Shown here: positions 9,223 through 18,116 of the stretch, piece after piece
How positions within the stretch are numbered: the stretch's first letter is position 1
How the letters are laid out: the number at the start of each line of letters is the position of its first letter
NCBI GenBank assembly: GCA_964578245.1
Contig: CAZOCL010000004.1
Location: 39-64,038, forward strand
Direction of reading: 5' to 3'
DNA from: an uncultured Klebsiella sp.
GTDB lineage: Bacteria > Verrucomicrobiota > Verrucomicrobiia > Limisphaerales > SXTU01
DNA: 64,000 nt
Translations under genes and position numbers: made by a program
The notes under the pieces: model-generated
Told to the model about the DNA's origin: nothing
The model's input: only the letters and a program-made list of their open reading frames with translations
The model's database searches: none

Positions 9223-10472
9223 AGGTCACCCACTTCAGCGTGCAGCACGAGGGCAACGGCGCGGCCAACGCGGCGCTCCGGATTCATCAGGGCTGCCTCC
9301 AGCTCGGCACCGACTCGCGCTTGTGGGTGGCGCATCAGTCCGGGGATGCACCCGGCCTGAGCGGCCTGCCCGTGGGCGGGCTGCCCGGCCGGCTGCGACG
9401 CAAGTTCGAGCACTGGCTAGATGAATGGCTGCTAAAGGAGCTGCGCAAGACGTGCGACAACGTCCTGACCACTGGCTTCTTCGGTCACAACTTCGCGCGG
9501 AAGGTCCGGGCCGAACGGCCGGATGTCGTCCAGTTGCACTGGATCGGCGGCGGCTATTTCAAGCTGGCCAGCCTCGCCGGCATCAACGTGCCCGTCGTGT
9601 GGCGCATGCCGGACATGTGGACCTTCTGCGGCGCGGAGCATTATGTCCCCGATCAGGACCGGTTCGTGGACGGCTACACGGCCGCCAACCGCCCGGCCGG
9701 CCAGGCCGGTCCGGACGTGAGCCGCTGGGCCTGGGAGAACAAGCGCCGCACGTTTGCGCGCATGCGCAAGCTTGTCCTCGTGGCTCCGAGTCGCTGGCTC
9801 GCTGATTGCACGCGGCGGAGCGCCCTGTTCCGCGACCAGGAAGTGGTGCTGATCCGCACCGGCTGCGACACCACCGTTTTTCGTCCGCGCGATCAGCAGG
9901 CGTGCCGCGTCGTGCTGGACCTCCCGGCGGACAAGCCGGTCATCCTCGCCGGAGCCGCGTGCCTGCGCACGCGCTGGAAGGGCGCGGACCTCATGGTGGA
10001 AGCGGTGAACCACCTGGCCGCTCAACTCGGGCCGACGGCCTTCCGGCTGGTGGTCTTCGGCGACAACGGCCAGGCCATCGCGAAACAAGTCGCATGCGAA
10101 ACGCTTTCGCTGGGCCGCGTCAGGAGCCCGCAGCTGCTCGCCGCGCTCTACGCGGCGGCGGATGTTTTTGTGGCTCCCTCGCGGATGGAAAACCTGGCCA
10201 ACACGGTGCTCGAGGCGATGGCCTGTGGCACGCCGTGCGTGGCGTTCCGCATTGGTGGAATGCCGGATGTGATCGAGCCCGGCGTCAATGGCTACCTTGC
10301 ACCCGCGTTTGACACGCGCGAGCTGGCCGAAGGCATCCGCAAGATTCTGGTGCCGCGCAGCCCGGCGTTCCGCGCGGCTGCCCGCAGCAAGATCGAACGG
10401 GAGTTCAACGTCGTGGACCAGGGACGTCAGTTCAACGCCCTTTACGAATCCCTGGTGACCAGGCCCGCGTGA
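9219..10472 (+). CDS. glycosyltransferase family 4
   Basis: ATG 9219 (ATGA overlap) lies inside track ORF 8985-10472. VFVAPSRMENLANTVLEAMACGTPCVAFRIGGMPDVIEPGVNGYL is a typical GT4 C-terminal motif. Confidence 0.85.
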   Translation: MKVTHFSVQHEGNGAANAALRIHQGCLQLGTDSRLWVAHQSGDAPGLSGLPVGGLPGRLRRKFEHWLDEWLLKELRKTCDNVLTTGFFGHNFARKVRAERPDVVQLHWIGGGYFKLASLAGINVPVVWRMPDMWTFCGAEHYVPDQDRFVDGYTAANRPAGQAGPDVSRWAWENKRRTFARMRKLVLVAPSRWLADCTRRSALFRDQEVVLIRTGCDTTVFRPRDQQACRVVLDLPADKPVILAGAACLRTRWKGADLMVEAVNHLAAQLGPTAFRLVVFGDNGQAIAKQVACETLSLGRVRSPQLLAALYAAADVFVAPSRMENLANTVLEAMACGTPCVAFRIGGMPDVIEPGVNGYLAPAFDTRELAEGIRKILVPRSPAFRAAARSKIEREFNVVDQGRQFNALYESLVTRPA

Positions 10473-12640
10473 AGCCGCTCAAGCTCCTCATCCTCGGCGG
10501 CGGCCCGGTCGTCACCGAGTTCTACCTGCCCGCGCTCGCGCGCCTCGGCTGGACTTCCGGCATCACGGTCACGGACCGTTCCCCTGACGTGCTGGCAAAG
10601 ACTGCCCGGCTCGCACCCTGGGCGGCGACGCGCGCCTTGGGTTTTCAGGAAGCCCTGGCTGACCGCGGGTTGATCGACGGCCACGATGCGGTGGTGGTGG
10701 CCGTGCCCAACAGCCTGCATGTCGCGGCGGTTGAGGCCGCGTTGCGGGCCGGACTGCCGGTCCTGTGCGAGAAGCCCCTCGCCCTGCAGGCGGCGGAGTG
10801 CCAGCGGCTCGGCGAACTGGCCGCCTCGCTCAAGCTCCCGCTCGCGGTGGGCATGGTGCGCCGCCTCGTGCCGGCCATCCAGGCCGCCCGGCTCGCGCTG
10901 CAAAACGGGCTGCTCGGCGAGCTGAAATCCGTCGAGGTCGCGCACGGCGGGCCCTATGCGTGGACTTCGGACAGCGGCGCGTTCTTCCGCCGCGAGAACG
11001 GCGGCATCCTGGCGGACCTGGGCGTGCATTATCTCGACTGGCTCGCCGGTGCGCTCGGTCCACTGACACCGGTGGCCTATGACGACGACGCGCGCGGCGG
11101 GGTCGAAGCTTCCTGCACCTATCAGCTCAAAACAACCGCCGGCGTTCCGGTGACGCTGCGGCTTTCCCACCTGCACCCGCACGCGGACACGGTCACGTTC
11201 CACGGCACGCGCGCCACGCTGACGCTTGACCGGACCGACTTTGCGAAATGCGCCGTGAGCGGGCTGGTCCCGGGACTGATCAATGAACTGGTCCCCGAGC
11301 GGCCGTTCGTCAACCCCGCCTGGCCGCGCGACTTCGTGTCCTGCTTCGCGCAGCAGTTCCACGACTTCGCCACCGCCGTTCACGGACAGCCGGTGCGCGT
11401 GTCCGCCGCGGACGCACTCGCCACAACCGCGTTGATCGAGCACGCCTATCGAGTGCGGACCGAGCGGGGCGCACCCCCGGAGCCGGATCGTCCCGCCTTG
11501 CCGGCTGGCCGCGCAGTGGTCACCGGTGGCACCGGTTTCATCGGCGGCACGCTCGTGGAGCGGCTGGCGGAACTGGGCTTCACCGACCTCGTGGTGCCGG
11601 TCCGCAATTACCGCACCTGCGCCGACGCAGCCCGGTTTCCCGTGGCCCTGCCTCGCGTGGACCTGACGCAGCGCGAGCAGGTGCGCGCGGCGGTGCAGGG
11701 CGCGCGCTGGGTGTTCCATCTGGCCTACGGGCAGACCGAGTCGGACGCCCAAAAGATCACCGTGGACGCGACACGCCTGCTCATCGAGGAGGCCGTCGCG
11801 GCCAAGGTCGAAGCCGTCGTCGTGCTCAGCACCATGGGTGTCTTCGGCCATCCCGACACGGACACGCCGGTGGACGAGACGTGGCCCTACGCCCCGGCCT
11901 ACGGCAACTACGGCGTGACCAAGGCGGAGATGGAACGGTGGTGCCTCAATCCCGCCACGCCGCTGGGCACTACCCGGCTCGTGGTGCTGAATCCGTCGTG
12001 CGTCTATGGTCCGCGCGGCAAGACTTACACCCGCATGCCGGCGGACTTTGCGAAGGACGGCAAGTTCGCCTGGGTCGCGGGCGGGCGGGGCATCGCCAAC
12101 TACACTTACGTCGAGAATCTGGTGGACGCGATCCTGCTCGTGGCGGGCACGCCGGCGGCGCATCAACAACGCTATCTGGTCAATGACGGCTCCTGCCCGT
12201 GGCGCGAACTCCTCACGCCGCTGCTTGGCGAGCTGGCGGCACGCGTGCCGGATGTTTCGCCCGAGGCCTTGAAAAATGTCCAAGCCGTTTCGGTGGTGCC
12301 CAGCACTTTGCGGCAACTGGCCGGCCACCTGATCGGCGACGTCAAGTTCCTCGAACTCGTTAACCGGCACCCGCTGCTGGGACCGCTCAAGGGCCAGGTG
12401 GTAAATCGGTTTCGCCGCCGCATGGACGGCCTGCGGGCAGGACCGCCGGTGCTGGCTCCGGCTGCCCCGGCTGCCGCGGCACCCGCTCCGCCGGACTGGC
12501 TCGGCGAAGTGTTCGGCCCCACCCCCACCCGCTTCAGCAGCGCGAAGCTCCAGCAGCTCGGCTGGCGTCCGCGCGTTTCGTTGCCCGAAGGCCAGCGCCG
12601 GTCGGTCGCGTGGTTGAAGCTCGCCGGGGTCCTGAAGTGA
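10469..12640 (+). CDS. fusion protein: Gfo/Idh/MocA oxidoreductase (N) + NAD-dependent epimerase/dehydratase SDR (C)
   Basis: 723 aa with a GTGA overlap start. The N-terminal part reads KLLILGGGPVVTEFYLPAL...LCEKPLA. From about residue 350 it reads VVTGGTGFIGGTLVERL...YGVTK (YxxxK). Confidence 0.8.
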   Translation: MKPLKLLILGGGPVVTEFYLPALARLGWTSGITVTDRSPDVLAKTARLAPWAATRALGFQEALADRGLIDGHDAVVVAVPNSLHVAAVEAALRAGLPVLCEKPLALQAAECQRLGELAASLKLPLAVGMVRRLVPAIQAARLALQNGLLGELKSVEVAHGGPYAWTSDSGAFFRRENGGILADLGVHYLDWLAGALGPLTPVAYDDDARGGVEASCTYQLKTTAGVPVTLRLSHLHPHADTVTFHGTRATLTLDRTDFAKCAVSGLVPGLINELVPERPFVNPAWPRDFVSCFAQQFHDFATAVHGQPVRVSAADALATTALIEHAYRVRTERGAPPEPDRPALPAGRAVVTGGTGFIGGTLVERLAELGFTDLVVPVRNYRTCADAARFPVALPRVDLTQREQVRAAVQGARWVFHLAYGQTESDAQKITVDATRLLIEEAVAAKVEAVVVLSTMGVFGHPDTDTPVDETWPYAPAYGNYGVTKAEMERWCLNPATPLGTTRLVVLNPSCVYGPRGKTYTRMPADFAKDGKFAWVAGGRGIANYTYVENLVDAILLVAGTPAAHQQRYLVNDGSCPWRELLTPLLGELAARVPDVSPEALKNVQAVSVVPSTLRQLAGHLIGDVKFLELVNRHPLLGPLKGQVVNRFRRRMDGLRAGPPVLAPAAPAAAAPAPPDWLGEVFGPTPTRFSSAKLQQLGWRPRVSLPEGQRRSVAWLKLAGVLK

Positions 12641-13743
12641 ATCCGAGTTTCGCCAATTTCTTTGAGCCGGGCCGCAACCGGCTGGGCACCATGCGCCATG
12701 TGCTCGCGCTGGCGGTGCTCGTGGACCACGCGTTCATTCTGCAAGGCTCCGGCCACGTGCTCGGCTCCACGGGTTACAGGAACAGCCTCGGCGGCCTGGC
12801 GGTGGCGGGGTTCTTCGTGCTGAGCGGCGCGCTGATCACGGCGAGCTGGGAGCACAGCCGCACGGCCTGGCAGTTCGCGCGCAACCGCGTGCTGCGCATC
12901 TTCCCCGGCTACCTCGTCTGCCTGGTGGTCACGGCGCTGGTGATCGGCCCGGTGGCCTGGGTGGTGCAGTCCTCGCCTGAAATCCCCGCCTACTGGAAGC
13001 TGGCGCCCAGCCCGGCCAGTTACGTCGTGCGCAACAGCCTGTTGATGCAGTTTCAAACCCGTATCGGCAACCTCTTCGCGACGCACGCGGAGGCGTTTTC
13101 CATCAACGGCTCGCTCTGGTCCATCCCTTGGGAAGCTGGCTGTTATGCGATGGTGGCGGCGCTTGGGCTGGCCGGCGTCATCAAGCGCTGGCCGCTTGTC
13201 GTGGCCGCCCTGGCGGTGGCCGTGCTCGTGAATTCGCTGGTCTTTCCGCCGGGCGTCGTGCTGGGCCGGCTCTATCTCAGCGAACGCGTCGCGTTGCTCC
13301 CGTTGTATTTCCTGTGCGGCGCGGCCTTCTATCTCTACCGCCAGCGCATCCCGCGCCTGCCGTGGCTGGGTGCGCTCGCCCTGGCGGGCACGGTGGTGGG
13401 CGGGTGTTTCCACTGGGCGCTCACCGCGGCACTTGCACTGCCCTATCTGCTTTTCTATGCGGCCGGGCTGGCGGTGCCGGCCGAGGGATTTCCCCGGGGA
13501 CAACATCCCGACTACTCCTACGGCATTTACATCTATGCCTTCCCCGTCCAGCAGTTGCTCGTGGCGGCCGGGGTGGCGGAGCGCGGTCCGTGGCTGCTGC
13601 TGCTCGCCTCGCTCGCGGTCGCGGTCCCGCTGGCGGCGTTGAGCTGGCATTACGTGGAGGGGCCCAGTCTGCGGCTGAAGCAACGCGCCGCGAAACCGTC
13701 CGCAACAGCGCAGGCGATCAGCAGTCCAGCCAGCGCGGCCTGA
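12637..13743 (+). CDS. acyltransferase family 3 (AT3) membrane O-acyltransferase
   Basis: GTG 12637 (GTGA overlap) is preferred over GTG 12610. FFEPGRNRLGTMRHVLALAVLVDHAF is followed by about 10 TM segments. Confidence 0.8.
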   Translation: MNPSFANFFEPGRNRLGTMRHVLALAVLVDHAFILQGSGHVLGSTGYRNSLGGLAVAGFFVLSGALITASWEHSRTAWQFARNRVLRIFPGYLVCLVVTALVIGPVAWVVQSSPEIPAYWKLAPSPASYVVRNSLLMQFQTRIGNLFATHAEAFSINGSLWSIPWEAGCYAMVAALGLAGVIKRWPLVVAALAVAVLVNSLVFPPGVVLGRLYLSERVALLPLYFLCGAAFYLYRQRIPRLPWLGALALAGTVVGGCFHWALTAALALPYLLFYAAGLAVPAEGFPRGQHPDYSYGIYIYAFPVQQLLVAAGVAERGPWLLLLASLAVAVPLAALSWHYVEGPSLRLKQRAAKPSATAQAISSPASAA

Positions 13744-13757
13744 GTGCGGCGGCGACC

Positions 13758-14828
13758 ATGTTCACGGCCGAGATCATCCCCGCTGCTGGCTTGCCGGCTG
13801 AACTGCGGACGCGATGGCTGAAATTCATCGCCGAGCAGCCGTCCCTGGACGGTCCGTGCTTCCACCCGGATTTCATCAGCGGGCTGGGCCAGTTCATCCC
13901 CAACTGCCACGTGGCGGTCTGGCGGCAGGCGGGCGAGGTGGCGGGCTTCCTGCCGTTTCAGTCCCTCGGTCGGCGCGGCGCGCGACCGATCCCGATGTGC
14001 GATTATCAGGCGGTGATCGGCCGGCCGGAGCTCGCCCAGGATCTGCGCGCGAACCTGCGCAGCGCCGGACTGCGTTTCCTCGAGTTCGACAACCTGCTCG
14101 GCACGCAGGTGCCCCGCCGCGAGGCCACGCGCGTCAACTTGCGGCTCTCGCCCCGCGTGGCGATCACCGCTGGCTTCGACGACTACCTCGCGAAGTTGAA
14201 AGCCGCGGGCAAGTCCGAGCGGAAGGTGCAGACCGGACTTCGCGTGCTGGAGCGGGATCATGGCAAGGTGAGCTTTCAGCGCGGCCTGCAAGATGATGCG
14301 CTGCTAAACCAGATGCTCGACTGGAAGGCGAAGCGCTTCGCCGTGGGCGATGGTTTTCCGCCCTGGGTCGCGCAAAGCCTGCGTCATTTCATGGCCCGCC
14401 GGGGTGCGGAAGTGGCGGGGGATTTGTCCGTGCTGAAGGCGGGTGAAGCCGTGGTGGCCGTGCACTTTGGCGTGCATGCTGGGCGGCGGTATTACTATTG
14501 GTTCCCCGCCTACAACGAGGCGTATGGCAAGTATTCCCCCGGCTGGCTGCTGGTCTGGTTTCTCCTGAAGCAGTTGAACGAGGTGAACTGCAACACGTTT
14601 GATTTCGGCCCGGGCGGCGAGGCTTACAAGGAATACTTCGCCAACGTCCATGAGGAAGTCGGGACCGGTCTCCTCGAAACCTCCGCGTCCCTCGCCCGGC
14701 TGCATCGCGGCTACGCCCGGGCGCAGCAAACCGTGCGGCAAAGCTCGCTGGCGCAGCGCTGGGTGAAGCCGGCCGTGCGCTGGCTGCGCGGCCAGGGGCG
14801 TGAGCCCGCCACGCCCGGCAAGGCATGA
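13758..14828 (+). CDS. CelD/BioF2-like GNAT-fold acyltransferase (FemAB-related fold)
   Basis: ATG 13758 is codon 211 of track ORF 13128-14828. LKAGEAVVAVHFGVHAGRRYYYWFPAYNEAYGKYSPGWLL...FDFGPGGEAYKEYF fits the pattern. Confidence 0.65.
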   Translation: MFTAEIIPAAGLPAELRTRWLKFIAEQPSLDGPCFHPDFISGLGQFIPNCHVAVWRQAGEVAGFLPFQSLGRRGARPIPMCDYQAVIGRPELAQDLRANLRSAGLRFLEFDNLLGTQVPRREATRVNLRLSPRVAITAGFDDYLAKLKAAGKSERKVQTGLRVLERDHGKVSFQRGLQDDALLNQMLDWKAKRFAVGDGFPPWVAQSLRHFMARRGAEVAGDLSVLKAGEAVVAVHFGVHAGRRYYYWFPAYNEAYGKYSPGWLLVWFLLKQLNEVNCNTFDFGPGGEAYKEYFANVHEEVGTGLLETSASLARLHRGYARAQQTVRQSSLAQRWVKPAVRWLRGQGREPATPGKA

Positions 14829-15451
14829 GTGGCATCGGCGGCAGGCTGCGGGAGGAATTTACGGCGCACGGTGTCCGCGCGGTGGTCACGGTGCCGCTCC
14901 GGGTCCTGCGGGCCTTGGGCCGGACGCGGCAGGTCTGGTTCTACACGCAAAGCGTCCCGGCTCCGTGCGGGTCTCAGCAAGTCGAGGAGCTCACCGCCGC
15001 CGACTGGCCGCGTTTGATGGCGGCGGAGACGTTCCCCTGGCGGAATGATGCGGAGGCCGGCGGGCGCCTGACCGGTGGCGCGCGTTTGTTTGCCTGGCGT
15101 GAGGCGGGGCAGTTGGTGTCATTCGGCTGGGTCACCACCAGCCCGCGCTTTCTGATCGGCGAACTGGGTGGCTGGGTGGAGTTCGAGCAGCCGGTCCGCT
15201 GGATCTGGGATTGCGTGACGCCGGAGGCGCACCGGGGCCGGAGCTACTATCCGCAACTGCTGCGCGGCCTGGTGGCCCTCGGCGGCGAAACCCGGCCAGT
15301 CATCTACTGCACGCGCGAGAACACGAGTTCGCAACGCGGCATCGAGAAGGCGGGCTTCATCCGCTCGTTCACCATCACGGAGCATTTTCTGAAAGCGTCG
15401 CACCGTCCCGGGCCAATGCCGTTGCAGTATCACTATCGCCGGGCTTCCTAG
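14825..15451 (+). CDS. GNAT family N-acetyltransferase
   Basis: ATGA overlap start. GQLVSFGWV...WIWDCVTPEAHRGRSYYPQLLRGL...TSSQRGIEKAGF fits the GNAT core. Confidence 0.65.
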   Translation: MSGIGGRLREEFTAHGVRAVVTVPLRVLRALGRTRQVWFYTQSVPAPCGSQQVEELTAADWPRLMAAETFPWRNDAEAGGRLTGGARLFAWREAGQLVSFGWVTTSPRFLIGELGGWVEFEQPVRWIWDCVTPEAHRGRSYYPQLLRGLVALGGETRPVIYCTRENTSSQRGIEKAGFIRSFTITEHFLKASHRPGPMPLQYHYRRAS

Positions 15452-15464
15452 CCGGCTTCGCCGC

Positions 15465-16331
15465 ATGCGCATCAAGCTGCCGTTTCATCCCCGCGCCTGG
15501 CTGGACTCCTGGCTGACCTACCCGCGTTTCCTCGGCACCCTGAAGCCGGAGTTGATGCGTGGCGCGGCGGACGAACTCGGGCCGCGGCTCCACGCGCAGC
15601 TTCGTGCGAGCTGGCCCCGGAAGCTGGAGTGCCCGCTCGCCACGCGCATCCTCGCACTCTCCCCGCACCCCGACGACGAGGTGATCGGCTGCGGCGGCCT
15701 GCTGGCGCGGCACGCTGGCCACGCCGACATCAAGATCGTCAATGTCTACAACGGTGACGGCGGCGGGGCACTCGCGGAAGGCCCGTGGCGGGCGGACCCC
15801 GGCTATCAGGAGCGCCTCGTGCAGGTGCGGCGCGAAGAACTGGATGCCGCGGCCAAGGCGCTGCAGGCCTCCGAAGTCATCCGGTTTGAAGTCTCCGATT
15901 GTCGGGGCACGCCCGGTCCCGCCGAAGTCGCGCGCCTGCGGCAGGTGCTGGAAACCTTCCGGCCTGAAGTGGTGGTGCTGCCGTGGTTTTTGGACAACCA
16001 CGCGCACCACCGGCTGACCAATCTGTTGCTGGCGGATGCGAGCGCGGGCCTCTCCTTCATGGTGCTGGGCTACGAGGTCTGGGGGCTGCTGCCAGCCAAT
16101 GCCATCCTCGACATCTCGGAGGTGCTGGACCAGAAGGTGGCGATGATCCGGGGCTACGTCAGCCAGTTGCGCACCGTGGACTACGTGGGCTACGCCACCG
16201 GCCTGGCCCGGACGCGGGCCTTCCACAACCCGGTCCATGAACTGCGCGACGGCGCGGTGGAGGCGTATCTCGCGCTGCCCGCGAAGGATTACTGCGACCT
16301 GGCCATCCACGCGCTGCGACCGAAAGCATGA
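15465..16331 (+). CDS. PIG-L/LmbE family deacetylase
   Basis: ILALSPHPDDEVIGCGGLLARH is the family signature. A later HHRL histidine cluster is present. Confidence 0.85.
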   Translation: MRIKLPFHPRAWLDSWLTYPRFLGTLKPELMRGAADELGPRLHAQLRASWPRKLECPLATRILALSPHPDDEVIGCGGLLARHAGHADIKIVNVYNGDGGGALAEGPWRADPGYQERLVQVRREELDAAAKALQASEVIRFEVSDCRGTPGPAEVARLRQVLETFRPEVVVLPWFLDNHAHHRLTNLLLADASAGLSFMVLGYEVWGLLPANAILDISEVLDQKVAMIRGYVSQLRTVDYVGYATGLARTRAFHNPVHELRDGAVEAYLALPAKDYCDLAIHALRPKA

Positions 16332-17323
16332 GCGCGGGCACACCATCGTCCACCGGTCTGCCGATAGTGAGCATCGTGGTGCCGTGCTACAACGCCCGCC
16401 GGTGGATCGGCGAGACGCTGGCCAGCACGCGGCAACCCTGCCCCTTTCCCGTCGAATTGATCGTGGTGGATGACGGGTCCACGGATGGCAGCGGCGAGCT
16501 CGTGGCGCGGGACTTTCCCGAAGCCCGGCTGGTGCGCACGGAGAATCATGGTTGCAGCGCGGCCCGCACACGCGGTGCGGAGCTGGTGCGCGGCAAATAC
16601 CTCAAGTATCTCGACTCGGATGACTTGCTCGCCGACGGCTCAATCGCGCGGCACGTGGCCCTGGCCGAATCCAGCGGCGCGGACGTGGTCTACGGCGACT
16701 GGCAGCGGCTGGTGCCAGACGGGGAGAAGTGGGTGCCGGGCGAGGCGGTGGCACGAACTTGGGAATCCGTGCATGCAGACATTGAAGTGGCCTTCTTCAC
16801 GCGCATGTGGTGCCCGACCGGCGCGTATCTCTGGCGCACTGAGTTTCTGCGGCAGCGTCATCCCGGCTGGCATCCGGGGCTGCCGGTGATTCAGGACGCG
16901 CGGTTTGCGCTGGATGCGGCCTGCGTGGGCGGGAAGTTCGTCCACGATCCCGCACTCGCCGCGTGGTATCGCACGCACACGTCCGGTTCCGTGGCCACGA
17001 GCAGTTCGGTGAAGTTTGCGCGCGACTGCTGGCAAAGCGCGCTGGAACTGCGCGACCGCTGGGAAAAGGCCGGCACGCTGAATGAAGTGCGTCGCACCGC
17101 GCTGCTGGAGGTGCTCGAATACTTTGCCTTCGCGAGCTATCCGCAAGACCGTGCGCTCGCGCGGGACGTGGTGAGGAGCGCGCGGAGCATTGATCCGCAC
17201 TGGCGGCCCACCGGTTCACGCTGGCGGCGCTGGCTGGGCGGTGCGCTGGGATTCGAGGTGGTTGCCTGCCTGCGCCTGGGCCTGGACCAGTGCCGGAAGC
17301 TGCGGCGGGGCAAGGCGGCTTGA
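16328..17323 (+). CDS. glycosyltransferase family 2
   Basis: ATGA overlap start. VSIVVPCYNARRWIGETL...VVDDGSTDGS...LDSDD. Confidence 0.85.
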   Translation: MSAGTPSSTGLPIVSIVVPCYNARRWIGETLASTRQPCPFPVELIVVDDGSTDGSGELVARDFPEARLVRTENHGCSAARTRGAELVRGKYLKYLDSDDLLADGSIARHVALAESSGADVVYGDWQRLVPDGEKWVPGEAVARTWESVHADIEVAFFTRMWCPTGAYLWRTEFLRQRHPGWHPGLPVIQDARFALDAACVGGKFVHDPALAAWYRTHTSGSVATSSSVKFARDCWQSALELRDRWEKAGTLNEVRRTALLEVLEYFAFASYPQDRALARDVVRSARSIDPHWRPTGSRWRRWLGGALGFEVVACLRLGLDQCRKLRRGKAA

Positions 17324-17452
17324 ATCCTGGCTTGAAGCAGCCACGCGAGGAGCGTGGAGTGGTCGCCGCAACGAGCCAATTTCAAGTGCGGGCGAGTCAT
17401 CCGATTTTGCGAGCGCACTCGAATCCATGTCCGGGCCAACCGGGTTTTTCCT

Positions 17453-18076
17453 ATGAAGCTCGAGTATATGCAATATGGATGCGGCTTGAGCGCCCCCGAG
17501 ACCTGGCTAAACTTTGATTGCAGCCCGACTTTGAGGTTTGGGCGTTTGCCCCTGATCGGACGCTGCTATGCGGGGAATGCCGGGCGCATCCCAGCCAATG
17601 CGTTATACGGAGACATTGTCCAGGGTCTGCCTTGTGCTCCAGCCTCATTCACCGGCATCTATTCTTCGCATGTCTTGGAGCACCTGGCCTTGGATGATTT
17701 CCAAACCGCTCTGAAGCACACGTTTCGATATCTGAAGCCCGGTGGCACCTTTCGTCTGGTGGTTCCTGATTTGGAGCGGCTCGCTCAAAGTTACCTTGAG
17801 GACAAGTCTCCCCAGGCCGCGATTCGATTCATGGAGAAAACCGGGCTGGGGAAGAAATGCCGCCCACGGGGACTTGGCGGACTGGCTCGCACCTGGTTTG
17901 GCAACAGTGCTCACCTATGGATGTGGGATGAGAAAGCAATGGCCCAGCAATTGAGCGAGCATGGTTTCAAAGACATTCGCCGGGCGGCGTTCGGGGACGC
18001 CGAAGATCAAAACTTCACGGTCGTCGAAGAGCGGCGCCGATTTGCCGGGTGTTTAGCCATGCAATGCCGGAGATAG
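17453..18076 (+). CDS. class I SAM-dependent methyltransferase (Methyltransf_11-like)
   Basis: ATG 17453 is codon 34 of track ORF 17354-18076. MQYGCG...IYSSHVLEHLALDDFQTALKHTFRYLKPGGTFRLVVPD. G+C is visibly lower (line 17461-17520 is 52% by hand count). Confidence 0.7.
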   Translation: MKLEYMQYGCGLSAPETWLNFDCSPTLRFGRLPLIGRCYAGNAGRIPANALYGDIVQGLPCAPASFTGIYSSHVLEHLALDDFQTALKHTFRYLKPGGTFRLVVPDLERLAQSYLEDKSPQAAIRFMEKTGLGKKCRPRGLGGLARTWFGNSAHLWMWDEKAMAQQLSEHGFKDIRRAAFGDAEDQNFTVVEERRRFAGCLAMQCRR

Positions 18077-18116
18077 CGCGCCGTGCAATGAAGCAGGATA
18101 GGTAAAAGCCCCCGCC

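Noticed and set aside
10442-13683. 642-aa and 503-aa minus-strand ORFs (10442-12370, 12172-13683)
   Set aside because: They are antisense to the oxidoreductase-SDR fusion and the AT3 gene. Composition is low-complexity and Arg/Gly/Pro-rich, with no motifs.
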